This document shows, in pieces, positions 10,339 through 19,613 of a DNA stretch of 52,668 bases. This stretch comes from an uncultured Phycisphaeraceae bacterium (GTDB taxonomy: Bacteria; Planctomycetota; Phycisphaerae; UBA1845), in assembly GCA_964405925.1 (NCBI GenBank), contig CAYOQG010000004.1, forward strand, positions 1 through 52,668. Direction: 5' to 3'. The translations under genes were made by a program, and so were the position numbers. The notes under the pieces were generated by a model. It had not been told where the DNA came from and made no database searches. It saw nothing but the letters and a program-made list of their open reading frames with translations. Positions within the stretch are counted from its first letter, which is position 1. Each line of letters begins with the position of its first letter.

Positions 10339-10363
10339 GTTAGATGTATGATAGGGTGCGATT

Positions 10364-11206
10364 ATGGTTGATGCGGTACAGCGTAAGAAGCCAGAGACCG
10401 CCTTTGTCGTTCGGCTGGTCGGACACGGGATACGTCCGTGGGCTGTCCCCATGCGCGCGCTTGCCACGGTGTTGAACGCGGTACAGCGACTCGTAGAACA
10501 GAAGGACGAGAATTGGGCAGACGAAGGCGATGGCGCTGTTGAGATTCATGCCGAATCGGGGCGGGTACTTCACCTAATCGATGTCAAGAGTTCGTCGGCT
10601 GCATACGCCGTGGCTGCGCCGGATCGTGCTGTTACCTTGCGAGTGCTCTCCGACGTCGGCTCCGGAATCAACAACCCTGGTGATGTCGATTGGTCCGAGT
10701 CAACCATTTCATCGGTCCAAGAATGTAGCGAGGTTGCGCGGGCTCTGGGGTGCGAAATCGAGTTGCGCGAGCCCGGCGCGGCGCGGCGCTACGGAAATAT
10801 TCTCGCTAAGATCACACCGGTTACGTACAGTGAAATCGAAGGTTCTGCCTACATCCACGGTCGCACATCGGTTTACGCAAAGATTGAACGTGTAGGCGGT
10901 GCCACGGAAATGCACTGCGGAATACGCCTTCCGGGGTCACCAAGGAAAATGGTGATCTGTCGGGTTGCCAGCGAGGCCCTGGTGCGAGAGCTTGGACGCT
11001 ACATGTATCAGCACGTCATCCTGACTGGAGATGCCAAATGGTTGCGCTCCAATTGGCGATTGAAACGCATGACTATTGATGCGTTTGACCCTCCCAAGAC
11101 GGGCTCACTCGTAGAAGCCTTGCGCAAGGCCCACGATGCGGGTGGTCATGCATGGGACAGGATCGATGACCCAAACGTAGTGTTGGCGGAGATGCGTGAG
11201 GTGTGA
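10364..11206 (+). CDS. Hypothetical protein, putative partner/antitoxin of the PIN nuclease
   Basis: 280-aa ORF after a strong promoter; GTGA overlap with the PIN gene; beta-rich C-terminal half plus antitoxin-like tail. Confidence 0.75.
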   Translation: MVDAVQRKKPETAFVVRLVGHGIRPWAVPMRALATVLNAVQRLVEQKDENWADEGDGAVEIHAESGRVLHLIDVKSSSAAYAVAAPDRAVTLRVLSDVGSGINNPGDVDWSESTISSVQECSEVARALGCEIELREPGAARRYGNILAKITPVTYSEIEGSAYIHGRTSVYAKIERVGGATEMHCGIRLPGSPRKMVICRVASEALVRELGRYMYQHVILTGDAKWLRSNWRLKRMTIDAFDPPKTGSLVEALRKAHDAGGHAWDRIDDPNVVLAEMREV

Positions 11207-11706
11207 GTAAAGAGCACGGGAGCCTCATCGTTGCGGTCGATTCGATGGCCCTGGTGTGGGGCATTAGAAAGGAAGGTACGGCGACAGAGCGCAGCAGAGC
11301 CAGATGGCTGTTTGAGCAACTTGACAACGAAGGTGCCCAGGTACTTATTCCGAGCGTTGTTCTCGCCGAGTACCTTACTTTGGTTGATCCCAAAAAACAC
11401 CGTGATGTGATCGCGGAACTGAGCACACGATTCATTATCCCTCCGTTCGATGTCCAATGTGCGTCACTTGCTGCGGAGCCATTTGTCGAGGGGAAACAGT
11501 CGCGGCAGATGGACGAACCGGGTGCGCGAAAATGCTTAAGGGCCGACTGTCTTATAGTCGCGACGGCAGCGGTGCATGGCGCGCGCATTCTGTATAGCGG
11601 AGACGGCAAGTGCCGCAATCTTGCGGCCGCTGCTCCGAATCTGCAAGCTCAGGATTTGCCCACGATTCCGCCCTCTCTCTTCTCATATTCGGAACCTGAA
11701 GACTGA
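11203..11706 (+). CDS. PIN-domain (VapC-like) ribonuclease
   Basis: Acidic tetrad in VAVDSMAL, IPSVVLAEYL, RADCLIVATA and LYSGD. Confidence 0.88.
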   Translation: MSKEHGSLIVAVDSMALVWGIRKEGTATERSRARWLFEQLDNEGAQVLIPSVVLAEYLTLVDPKKHRDVIAELSTRFIIPPFDVQCASLAAEPFVEGKQSRQMDEPGARKCLRADCLIVATAAVHGARILYSGDGKCRNLAAAAPNLQAQDLPTIPPSLFSYSEPED

Positions 11707-11793
11707 TCATTTCACCTGCGCAACCGATGTAGCGTGCCCCCGTGTTTGCCTGCCGCAGCGAACAGCCCCTGACTCGCCGCGGATTCGCAGGTC

Positions 11794-13200
11794 CTACTTC
11801 CCGATGCAGAAGTTGGCGAAGACTTGATCGAGAAGATCCTCGGTGGTGACCTCGCCGGTCACGGCGCCGAGAGCATCCAAGGCCTCGCGGAGCTCAAATG
11901 CCAGCACATCCGCGCTGTCGATCGTCTCACGCGCGGTCTCGGTCAGGGCCCTGGCCCTTTGAATGGCCTCCCCAGCGCTGTGAACGCAACGCTGCTGGCG
12001 CTCGCTCACCAGAACCGATTCGCCCATCACCGTAGTGACCACCGATCCGAGGGCGTCTCCGAGCGCGCGTCGAAGGTCCTCGATACCGATTTCCGTTAGA
12101 GCACTGACAAGACAAACGGGCCCAAGCCTGCGAGATTCGAGCCGCTCTTGCGCCGCCCGCGCCAGACGATCGCCGACAAGATCTGCTTTGTTGGCGGCGA
12201 CGACCACACGCAAGACGTCAAGCGAGCGCAAGGTGTCGAAAATGTGCTCATCGGGCGGGTCCGCAACGTCAACGACCAGGCACACCAAGTCGATTTCCTC
12301 AGCCTTTGACATCGTCATGGCACGACCCTGGGCGATGATCTCATCCTGTGAACGATCAATACCGGCAGTGTCCAACAGAACCGCCTCACCGCGTCCGATT
12401 CGAATCGGGGCGGAGAGAATGTCCCGTGTCGTGCCGGCCGCAGCGGCACAGACTGCCCGACTCGTTCCGCTCAACCGGTTCATCAGAGTGCTCTTGCCGA
12501 CATTGGGCGGACCGAACAGCAAGATATGCGGCAGTACGTCAAAGCGCTCCGCCGATTCCGCCCTCGCCATCACCGAGTCCAGAGCACGGGTGATCTGGCC
12601 AAGTCGATCCCGCAGAGCCTGCGGCGTGACAAACTCGATCGGCTCTTCGGCAAAGTCGATATCTGCCTCGACAAGACCGAGGAGTTCCGCAAGCTCGTCG
12701 CGGATGACCTTGATGCGCTCAGCGAGCGTGCCGTCCATCATACGGCGCGAGGCTCGCAGCTGCGTATCGGTCTGTGCCCGGATCACCCCGGCCACTGCTT
12801 CGGCCTCGGCAAGACCCATCGCTCCGTTCACAAACGCTCGGGCGGTGAACTCGCCGGGCTGAGCCGGGACGGCGCCAAGAGAGGTCGCCCGGCTTCGCAC
12901 CATTCCCAACGCGGCCGGCGAACCGACGGTATGAATCTCGACCAGGTCTTGCCGTGTGTAGCTTCGCGGACTGCGAAACAGATAAAACCACGCCGGGAGA
13001 GCTAGGTTCTGGTCGATGAGGACCTCTCCCTCGATACGGGTCGCGGTCTTACGCAAACTCAAAGGTTGCCCGTCTGCCGGGGCAGCCATTCGGTCCACGA
13101 TGGCGATCGCTTCCGGCCCGCTGAGCCGTACAATCCCCATCGGCGCGTGTCCGGGAGCCGACGAGATCGCGACAATGGTATGGTTCAATCGGTCAATCAT
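11794..13200 (-). CDS. mnmE: tRNA modification GTPase MnmE/TrmE
   Basis: TIVAISS, GIVRLSG, SYTRQDLVEIH, PGEFTARAF, GPPNVGKST, GTTRD, DTAG, NKAD, terminal FCIGK. Confidence 0.95.
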   Translation of the reverse strand: MIDRLNHTIVAISSAPGHAPMGIVRLSGPEAIAIVDRMAAPADGQPLSLRKTATRIEGEVLIDQNLALPAWFYLFRSPRSYTRQDLVEIHTVGSPAALGMVRSRATSLGAVPAQPGEFTARAFVNGAMGLAEAEAVAGVIRAQTDTQLRASRRMMDGTLAERIKVIRDELAELLGLVEADIDFAEEPIEFVTPQALRDRLGQITRALDSVMARAESAERFDVLPHILLFGPPNVGKSTLMNRLSGTSRAVCAAAAGTTRDILSAPIRIGRGEAVLLDTAGIDRSQDEIIAQGRAMTMSKAEEIDLVCLVVDVADPPDEHIFDTLRSLDVLRVVVAANKADLVGDRLARAAQERLESRRLGPVCLVSALTEIGIEDLRRALGDALGSVVTTVMGESVLVSERQQRCVHSAGEAIQRARALTETARETIDSADVLAFELREALDALGAVTGEVTTEDLLDQVFANFCIGK

Positions 13201-13582
13201 ACTGTGCAGGCCTGCAGCGCCCCGCGATACGAAAGAACGCATATCCGCGGGTCAATCGTGAGCTGTACCTCGCTGGCTAGGGCATCGTATCTCCGCTAAC
13301 TCGTTCGCTCAACGTGGCCCGCCGCCTCTCTCTCATTTAGCGGTGGTGCTGCGCTCCCCGCTCACTCGGCGGTACGACTTGGCACTGCCCATTTTAGATG
13401 CCGCCGGGAAGCGGCAAACCCCTAGTTGCGGAGCCTGGCCATCCAGGTTCTACTGCTTTGGGCAGACCGGTAGTCGCAAAGACCTTCGGGCGGTCGACGG
13501 TCGATTCAGGGGTGACATCAGCAACGGCTTGTCCGCGGAGGACGTAGCCGCGGCGGGGCGTTGCGAGGGGTGGAGTAACTCA

Positions 13583-13855
13583 GTGATTCGGTACGAATGT
13601 GATCGGTGTGGTGCCGCTATGGGAGCCAACGACCACCAACGCTACATCGTCCGGATGGAGATCTTCGCCGCTGCCGATCACATGGATCTTCACGTTGAGA
13701 CCGCACGCCGCCCATCTGAGGACCTACAGAGCGTGGTCAAAGCGCTTGCCGAGGCCGACCCAGACGATGTCGAAGATCGGACCTACCGATTCCTGCGGTT
13801 CGACCTCTGTGATGCGTGTCGTCGCCAAATGCTGCGGCATCCGCTGGGTCAATAG
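13583..13855 (+). CDS. Small Zn-binding protein (CxxC...CxxC)
   Basis: GTG start with GGAG RBS; MIRYECDRCG ... FDLCDACR..PLG; the longer ORF-track start at 13343 looks non-coding. Confidence 0.75.
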   Translation: MIRYECDRCGAAMGANDHQRYIVRMEIFAAADHMDLHVETARRPSEDLQSVVKALAEADPDDVEDRTYRFLRFDLCDACRRQMLRHPLGQ

Positions 13856-13997
13856 CCCGCGTCTGGGGCCTTGTCGCGTTCCTGCCCCCGATAATCCGCA
13901 ACGGCCGTGCTGGATCGTCCGAGGCGGGCATTCCCGGTTTCTACCGCACAGATAAAGCCTCACTGATCGATAACCCGTCGGAGTTTCCGGTGTCGAA

Positions 13998-14009
13998 GGT
14001 TGTACAACC
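13998..14009. promoter_or_regulatory. Perfect 12-bp palindrome, candidate operator
   Basis: GGTTGTACAACC in an AT-richer intergenic stretch about 280 nt upstream of the Cys-rich gene. Confidence 0.35.
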
Positions 14010-14285
14010 ATAACTTTGGCGCTTTCCTTGTAGGTAGCGGTCCGAGGCGGTAAACTAGGGTGGTATTTTGAAACTTGCTCGATGACGGGGCGGACGGAGG
14101 CGCGCACGTCCATCGTTGGGGTACGGGACGGTCTCGATCGACAGCGCGAATCCCGAGAGATGCGCTGTGCCGCCGCAGAGGAGACGCCACATCCGTCCGC
14201 CGGACCGTCGAAGCTATGAGAGTCTCTGGGCCGAGCGTGAGGGGTCTATCCAATGCGCCATCCGAATAGAAGCGAGGGGGAAACC

Positions 14286-17036
14286 GTGAACGTTTTCGCA
14301 AACTCTGGTCGGCGACGACGCCGACGCCCGAGTCTCGCGGTCGGCGTCGCGATGTCTTTAGTCCTGGGCGTTGGGATGTGCGCTATCGCCCGCGCTGACG
14401 GCACGGAGACGATTGGTCCGCCAAGCATCGGAATATCCGAGGGATCGGGTATCGTGGCCGCCGGTGTCGGCCTGGGTGCACCTGGGGTTATTCGGGCGCA
14501 GCGTGTGGCCGGTCAGCCGGGCATCCAACTTGACGTCCCAGGTACGCGAGTCAACCAAGCCCTCTTGTACTGGAGCGGTGAGGGGTTCCCGGCGGGCGAC
14601 GACGAGCTCATCGTTGACAACGGAAGTGGACCGCAACCCGTCACTGGTACGTTGATCGGTGGCCCCACCGAGTTCTTTAGCGCCAGTGGTTTCGGAAAGG
14701 TCTATGTCACGACGTTTCGCGCTGATGTAACCGACCTCATCAGCCCCGGTCCAAACACGCTGATCATCAGTGGGGCAGATTTCGGATTCAGCAGCAGCGG
14801 TGCCGGTCTACTCGTGATCTATGACGATGGGACGAGCGACGATCTGCTTCTGCGCGACGGCCAGGACCTTGCGTATGCGCGGTTTGCTCCACCTCTGGAC
14901 ACGACGGTTGCTCAGACCTTCGCCTTTCTTCCTTCAGAGAGCGACCGAACCGCCCGGTTGACGATGTTCTTCGGCAGCGTCGGCGCGGAGGTGATTCGTC
15001 CCACCCTGCTTCGGATCACCGTCGAGGGTGGTGACATCCTCGAGTTCCCAAATCTGTTAGCCAGTGTCGACGGACCGCTTTGGGACACCGTTCGGATCGA
15101 CGTGAATATCCCCGCTGGCTCCACGAGTCTTACCGTCGAAGCCCTCTCCGTCGAAGACGGTACCCATCTGCCTGCGTCCATGAACTGGATCGCCGCATCG
15201 CTGACGGTCGACACACCAGGGCTTTGCGAATTTGTCGATTGCGACGACTCAGACGTCTGCACCGATGATTTCTGCAACCCCGAGACGGGGGAGTGTGAGT
15301 ACACCCAGATCAATTGCGACGACGGCGACGCCTGCACGGCCGATAGCTGCGACCCGGCCATTGGCTGCGTTCACGAGGACATCACCCTCACCTGCGACGA
15401 CGGGCTCGAATGTACGATTGACGGCTGCGACCCAGCCATAGGTTGTACGTACGAACCCGACGATACACTGTGTGACGACGGTGACCTGTGCACCGAAGAC
15501 ACTTGCGATTTAGTTGAGGGCTGCGTGTACGTCGACATCAGTGACCAGTGTGATGACGGCAATGCCTGCACCGCCGATAGCTGCGACCCGGCTATAGGCT
15601 GTGTTCATGAGGACATCACCCCCACTTGTGACGACGGCGTCGAGTGTACGATTAACGGATGCGACCCGGCTACGGGATGTACGTACCAGCCCGATGACAC
15701 CCTATGTGACGACAGCAACCTGTGCACCGAAGACACCTGTGACCTGCTCGAGGGCTGTGTGTACGTCGACATCAGTGATCAGTGCGACGACGGCAATGCC
15801 TGCACCGCCGATAGCTGCGATCCGGCGATCGGCTGTGTCCATGAGGACATCACCCCCACTTGTGACGACGGCGTCGAGTGCACGATTAACGGATGCGACC
15901 CGGCTACGGGGTGTACGTACCAGCCCGATGACACGCTATGTGACGATAGCAACCTGTGCACCGAAGAAACCTGCGACCCGGTGCAAGGCTGTATGTATGA
16001 CGACATCAGCGATGAATGTGACGACGGCAACATGTGCACGTTGGACAGTTGCGATCCGGCCATAGGCTGCGTCCATCAGGACGTCAGTGACGTGTGCGTG
16101 GATCACATCGAGTGCACGATCGACGGGTGTGATCCCGAGTTGGGTTGCATATATACCCCCGACGACACGCTGTGTAATGACGATAATGCATGCACCTCGG
16201 ACACCTGCGACACTGCCGTGGGCTGCGTCAACGAGGACATCTCCGACGAATGTGATGACAACAACGTCTGCACCTTGGATAGTTGCGACCCGGCCATAGG
16301 CTGCGTCTATGACGACATCAGCGACGAGTGCGACGACGGGGTGGAATGCACCGTCGATGCTTGTGACCCGGTGTCGGGTTGTTCAAATACGCCGGATGGC
16401 ACCCTCTGCGATGACGATAATGCGTGCACCGAGGACACCTGCGATGTAGATCTCGGGTGTGTTTATGTGGACATCAGTGATCAGTGTGATGATAACGACG
16501 CGTGCACGGCTGATCGGTGTGATCCGGCCGTGGGTTGTGTGAACGAGGATATCAGCGGCACGTGCAACGATGACGTAGCCTGTACCCACGATCACTGTGA
16601 CTCGAGCACGGGGTGTGTGAACACACCGGACGATCTGCTGTGCAACGACAATGACGTTTGCACGCGGGACGTCTGTACGCTGTCTGGCTGCCAGTACAGC
16701 AATAGCGGCCTGTGTCAGGCATGCTGCATCGATGACGACTGCTTTGACCTCACCGTCGCCGATTGCGAATCCCGTGGTGGTGATCCCCAGGGTGTGGGCA
16801 CGACCTGCGACACGGTGATCTGTCCGATGTGCGGCAATGGTGTGCTCGATCCGGGTGAGGAGTGCGACGGCAACGACGACGACGCGTGCCCCGGTTTCTG
16901 CATGCCCAACTGCATGTGCCCGACCAACGTGCCGACGATCTCGACCTGGGGTACGATCGTTCTGGGCTTGCTGCTGCTCGTCTGGGCCAAGGTCGCCTAC
17001 GGCTTGTCAACCCCGCACCGCCGACGTCTCGCGTAG
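14286..17036 (+). CDS. Secreted Cys/Asp-rich repeat protein with IPTL-CTERM sorting signal
   Basis: Basic n-region plus signal peptide (ARA); N-terminal beta domain; about 19 CDDxxxCTxDxC..GC units; ACC module; CGNGVLDPGEECDG; C-terminal VPTISTWG-TM-RRR. Confidence 0.9.
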   Translation: MNVFANSGRRRRRRPSLAVGVAMSLVLGVGMCAIARADGTETIGPPSIGISEGSGIVAAGVGLGAPGVIRAQRVAGQPGIQLDVPGTRVNQALLYWSGEGFPAGDDELIVDNGSGPQPVTGTLIGGPTEFFSASGFGKVYVTTFRADVTDLISPGPNTLIISGADFGFSSSGAGLLVIYDDGTSDDLLLRDGQDLAYARFAPPLDTTVAQTFAFLPSESDRTARLTMFFGSVGAEVIRPTLLRITVEGGDILEFPNLLASVDGPLWDTVRIDVNIPAGSTSLTVEALSVEDGTHLPASMNWIAASLTVDTPGLCEFVDCDDSDVCTDDFCNPETGECEYTQINCDDGDACTADSCDPAIGCVHEDITLTCDDGLECTIDGCDPAIGCTYEPDDTLCDDGDLCTEDTCDLVEGCVYVDISDQCDDGNACTADSCDPAIGCVHEDITPTCDDGVECTINGCDPATGCTYQPDDTLCDDSNLCTEDTCDLLEGCVYVDISDQCDDGNACTADSCDPAIGCVHEDITPTCDDGVECTINGCDPATGCTYQPDDTLCDDSNLCTEETCDPVQGCMYDDISDECDDGNMCTLDSCDPAIGCVHQDVSDVCVDHIECTIDGCDPELGCIYTPDDTLCNDDNACTSDTCDTAVGCVNEDISDECDDNNVCTLDSCDPAIGCVYDDISDECDDGVECTVDACDPVSGCSNTPDGTLCDDDNACTEDTCDVDLGCVYVDISDQCDDNDACTADRCDPAVGCVNEDISGTCNDDVACTHDHCDSSTGCVNTPDDLLCNDNDVCTRDVCTLSGCQYSNSGLCQACCIDDDCFDLTVADCESRGGDPQGVGTTCDTVICPMCGNGVLDPGEECDGNDDDACPGFCMPNCMCPTNVPTISTWGTIVLGLLLLVWAKVAYGLSTPHRRRLA
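15315..16715 (+). repeat. Intragenic tandem repeat, 6 x 234 nt (each 3 x 78 nt)
   Basis: Unit starts at 15315, 15549, 15783, 16017, 16251 and 16485; copies 2 and 3 are nearly identical. Confidence 0.9.
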
Positions 17037-17187
17037 CTCCGTCGAAGAACGATGTTCCGACAGAGGGCCCTCAGCCTCTCTTAAGGCGCGATGCCACGCC
17101 GAACAGACACACAACACCGCGTGCACGCCCCCTGGGTACGATCTTCCCCTGAACAGAGGTATGGTTCTGCACCGCGGGAATGAGCGC

Positions 17188-18066
17188 TCACATCTTCTTT
17201 CGACGAGAACGATGGCGGTGCGGAGAGTCTTTCGCCCCCTTGCCGACGATGCCGACAACCAGAATCCGGTCACGCAGCAAATGCGCGCTTTCAATAGGGC
17301 CGAGCGTAAACGTAACCTTACCAGCCGAATCGACCTCGGCCTCGGCTGTGTGCCCGTTTTGTGGGCGGTGTCGTGTGACTAGGTCTTGCCAAGCCGGAAG
17401 GCTGATCTCGTCCCGGAAATAGTCGCCGTGTTTGGCCGTCCGTTTGCCCAGGCGTTGGGGATCGAATTCCGGCTTCCGTGTGAAGACATCGTCCGAACCC
17501 AGCGGGAACAAGCCTATGTGGGCACGAGCAAAGCGGGCGAGTCCGCGTACGGTTCCTTTAAGCCGAGCCCCCTTCAACTTGGCGGATAACGGCGACGGCC
17601 ACAAACTCGGGTCGTCGCCGAGGGGGTCGGTGGGGTAATGGGCAGTCAGATCGTAGACCCGCATTTCCGGGAGCCGACCCACGTTGATAAGCCGGCATAC
17701 CCAATCCTCGGATAATTCGCCCCCGAAACGAATGTCATCGAACAACTGATACAGTTCGTCCGGGTCGTCAATAATCCGCTTGAGTTTCGTTGCTGCGCGC
17801 TCCTTATCTCCTATGCTCCTGACCGCGAACGAAAACCCGTGCTCGCGGATTCGCTGCCGAATGTCACTGTCGGGCGGAACCGCCCTACTCGTAGGGATTC
17901 CTTCGGGCTCGTCCTCAAGCCACTCCACCCAGCGATCGATCAGCTCCGGGAGCACAAACGAGTCGTCGAGGAGCCTTGCAGCCTCGACGACCCGCTCGGG
18001 GTCACCGATGCTTAAACATGCGCCCAGAAACCCCTCCCACCGCTCGGACAAGGCATCGAGTGTCAT
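17188..18066 (-). CDS. Hypothetical protein (292 aa)
   Basis: Long ORF with globular composition; GGAGGT RBS just upstream of ATG 18066. Confidence 0.7.
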   Translation of the reverse strand: MTLDALSERWEGFLGACLSIGDPERVVEAARLLDDSFVLPELIDRWVEWLEDEPEGIPTSRAVPPDSDIRQRIREHGFSFAVRSIGDKERAATKLKRIIDDPDELYQLFDDIRFGGELSEDWVCRLINVGRLPEMRVYDLTAHYPTDPLGDDPSLWPSPLSAKLKGARLKGTVRGLARFARAHIGLFPLGSDDVFTRKPEFDPQRLGKRTAKHGDYFRDEISLPAWQDLVTRHRPQNGHTAEAEVDSAGKVTFTLGPIESAHLLRDRILVVGIVGKGAKDSPHRHRSRRKKM

Positions 18067-18296
18067 GACGCCACCTCCCCGCGGTCGGCGGCCGCGCCTC
18101 TGGCTTTTCGGCGCGTATAAGGGTTCGCTGGAGGTTTCGCCCGAGGTATGTCTAAGCGGCATAGCGCTCGCTCTCCGGCGGTTGATAACAACGCGGGTCC
18201 CGACGTCAGCGTCGGTGAATACCGGACCGCTGCTAGGGTCGAACTACCACGGCCTCGGCCGCGGCAACACATATGTGCCGCGAATTCGCTGGCCAT
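18063..18296 (-). CDS. Possible small leader ORF (77 aa) coupled to the downstream gene
   Basis: TGA overlaps ATG of the next gene (ATGA); start ATG lies in a hairpin arm; no recognisable motif. Confidence 0.3.
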   Translation of the reverse strand: MASEFAAHMCCRGRGRGSSTLAAVRYSPTLTSGPALLSTAGERALCRLDIPRAKPPANPYTRRKARGAAADRGEVAS

Positions 18297-18336
18297 TCCG
18301 ACCGCGCTCGGAAGCGGCCAGCGACATTGGCAACGT

Positions 18337-18364
18337 AGGCTACCACGACGCGCCGGACCGTCAA
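18337..18364 (-). promoter_or_regulatory. sigma70-type promoter
   Basis: Minus strand TTGACG, 16-nt spacer, TGg-TAGCCT. Confidence 0.5.
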
Positions 18365-18411
18365 TGGGTCCGTCGTGCGACCCGTCCGAACGCTTCGTCG
18401 AGCACGCCGGA

Positions 18412-18918
18412 TTAGGCCTGACCTTGTGGACCTTCGTCCCATTCGTCTCTGAAACGATCCCTTGCCCGCTGAAGGCGCTTCCTCGCGGCGGCCACGTCCA
18501 CGTTAAGCTCGTCGGCGATCTCCTGCGCGGAGTACCCCAGCCAGTATCTGAGAAATAGGATGTGACGCTCGTCATCGTGGAGTCGGGACAACGTCTCTCC
18601 GACGGCGCTAAGAAGCCACTCAGCAGCCTCATCGGTAATTGGCACGGAAGACGTCCTGTCGAGCCATCGTCGCAAGTACTCCGCCAGGGCCTTCTTTTCC
18701 GCGTAAGTCCGTCGAACGTAATCCCAGCCCTTGTTTGTGGCAGCCTTCCGTACCCAGGCCCGCCACCGCGCCGTGGTCCCCGCCAGCACTTCGGGTGGAA
18801 CGTCCGCTGTGAGTTCCTGGGCCTTATCCTCGGCCTCTTCGTGGGAGAACCCGCGTACCAACAACCAGCGGTACACCATCTCCCAGAACTTTCGCAGTCT
18901 GTTTGTATGGTGCGGCAT
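18412..18918 (-). CDS. ECF-type sigma-70 family RNA polymerase sigma factor
   Basis: Region 2 EAEDKAQE...WRAWVRKAATNKGWDYVRR; region 4 LSRLHDDERHILFLRYWLGYSAQEIADELN..AARKRLQRAR; GAAGGGGG RBS. Confidence 0.88.
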   Translation of the reverse strand: MPHHTNRLRKFWEMVYRWLLVRGFSHEEAEDKAQELTADVPPEVLAGTTARWRAWVRKAATNKGWDYVRRTYAEKKALAEYLRRWLDRTSSVPITDEAAEWLLSAVGETLSRLHDDERHILFLRYWLGYSAQEIADELNVDVAAARKRLQRARDRFRDEWDEGPQGQA

Positions 18919-19227
18919 ACAGCCCCCTTCAGCCAAAGCTGCAGGGTGCGCGAATCGCCCGCCGCAAGACGGCCCTGAGTTGCCGTAGGCGAGATACCGG
19001 CGCTGAGGGCAGAGACTCGACGCGCCCGCGAGTTAAGTGTACATGCAATTCCAATACCATAGAACTTTGTTGTCCAGACATTTTTATCCACCTGACAGAA
19101 TTGAGCGAGACATTGCCCGTTCCCCCGATCAGAAAAGGCCCCATTCTTCCACCGCCGCCTCAGGAAGTGGTCTGTAGAGTGCGACTGTATCACACAAGTT
19201 GGCGCTATGCCGGGCGGAAGCATGTGG

Positions 19228-19539
19228 TCAGCAGAGCCAGGCTCCAGCGCGGCGTATGCCTCTATATCGGTAGACATAGACTGTAAATGCCGGTTTGTGA
19301 AGCAAGCGGCAGGGTGCCGTCCGCGCAAGACGCACTAACGTGCGAGCACGTCGACACCAAGGCCACCAGCGCTTCAGGATGCCCGCGTCGTTGGTCGGTC
19401 GACGCCTGCGGAACTCGAGGACCCCAAAGGCCCATGTCGACCAAGCGGTCAGCCATCCCTTGCGTTGAGACACTCGTGTCAACGTTTCTGCGTTGACGAC
19501 TACTCGCCGCTGCTCCGAATTCATGCTGTCCGAAGACAT
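19228..19539 (-). CDS. Possible hypothetical protein
   Basis: AAGGAG RBS 8 nt before ATG 19539, but the C-terminal part is R/W-rich and does not look protein-like; may be a remnant. Confidence 0.25.
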   Translation of the reverse strand: MSSDSMNSEQRRVVVNAETLTRVSQRKGWLTAWSTWAFGVLEFRRRRPTNDAGILKRWWPWCRRARTLVRLARTAPCRLLHKPAFTVYVYRYRGIRRAGAWLC

Positions 19540-19613
19540 AGCTGGAGCTCCTTCCGTTTCTTTTGGTCGTACGCCAAACGCCGTCCGATGGGACGCGCGT
19601 TCAATCAAGAACT

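Noticed and set aside
10225-11720. CACCTGCG direct repeat (10225-32, 11713-20) as att sites or target duplication of the PIN cassette
   Set aside because: Only 8 bp, does not duplicate the mnmE 3' end, and no integrase is present; compatible with chance
18224-18319. Bona fide tRNA gene
   Set aside because: Acceptor-like stem and T-loop are present, but it is about 96 nt with no canonical D or anticodon arm and no CCA
18063-19328. 421-aa minus-strand ORF
   Set aside because: Overlaps the ECF sigma gene out of frame and has non-protein-like composition; only its 3' 77 codons are kept as a weak candidate
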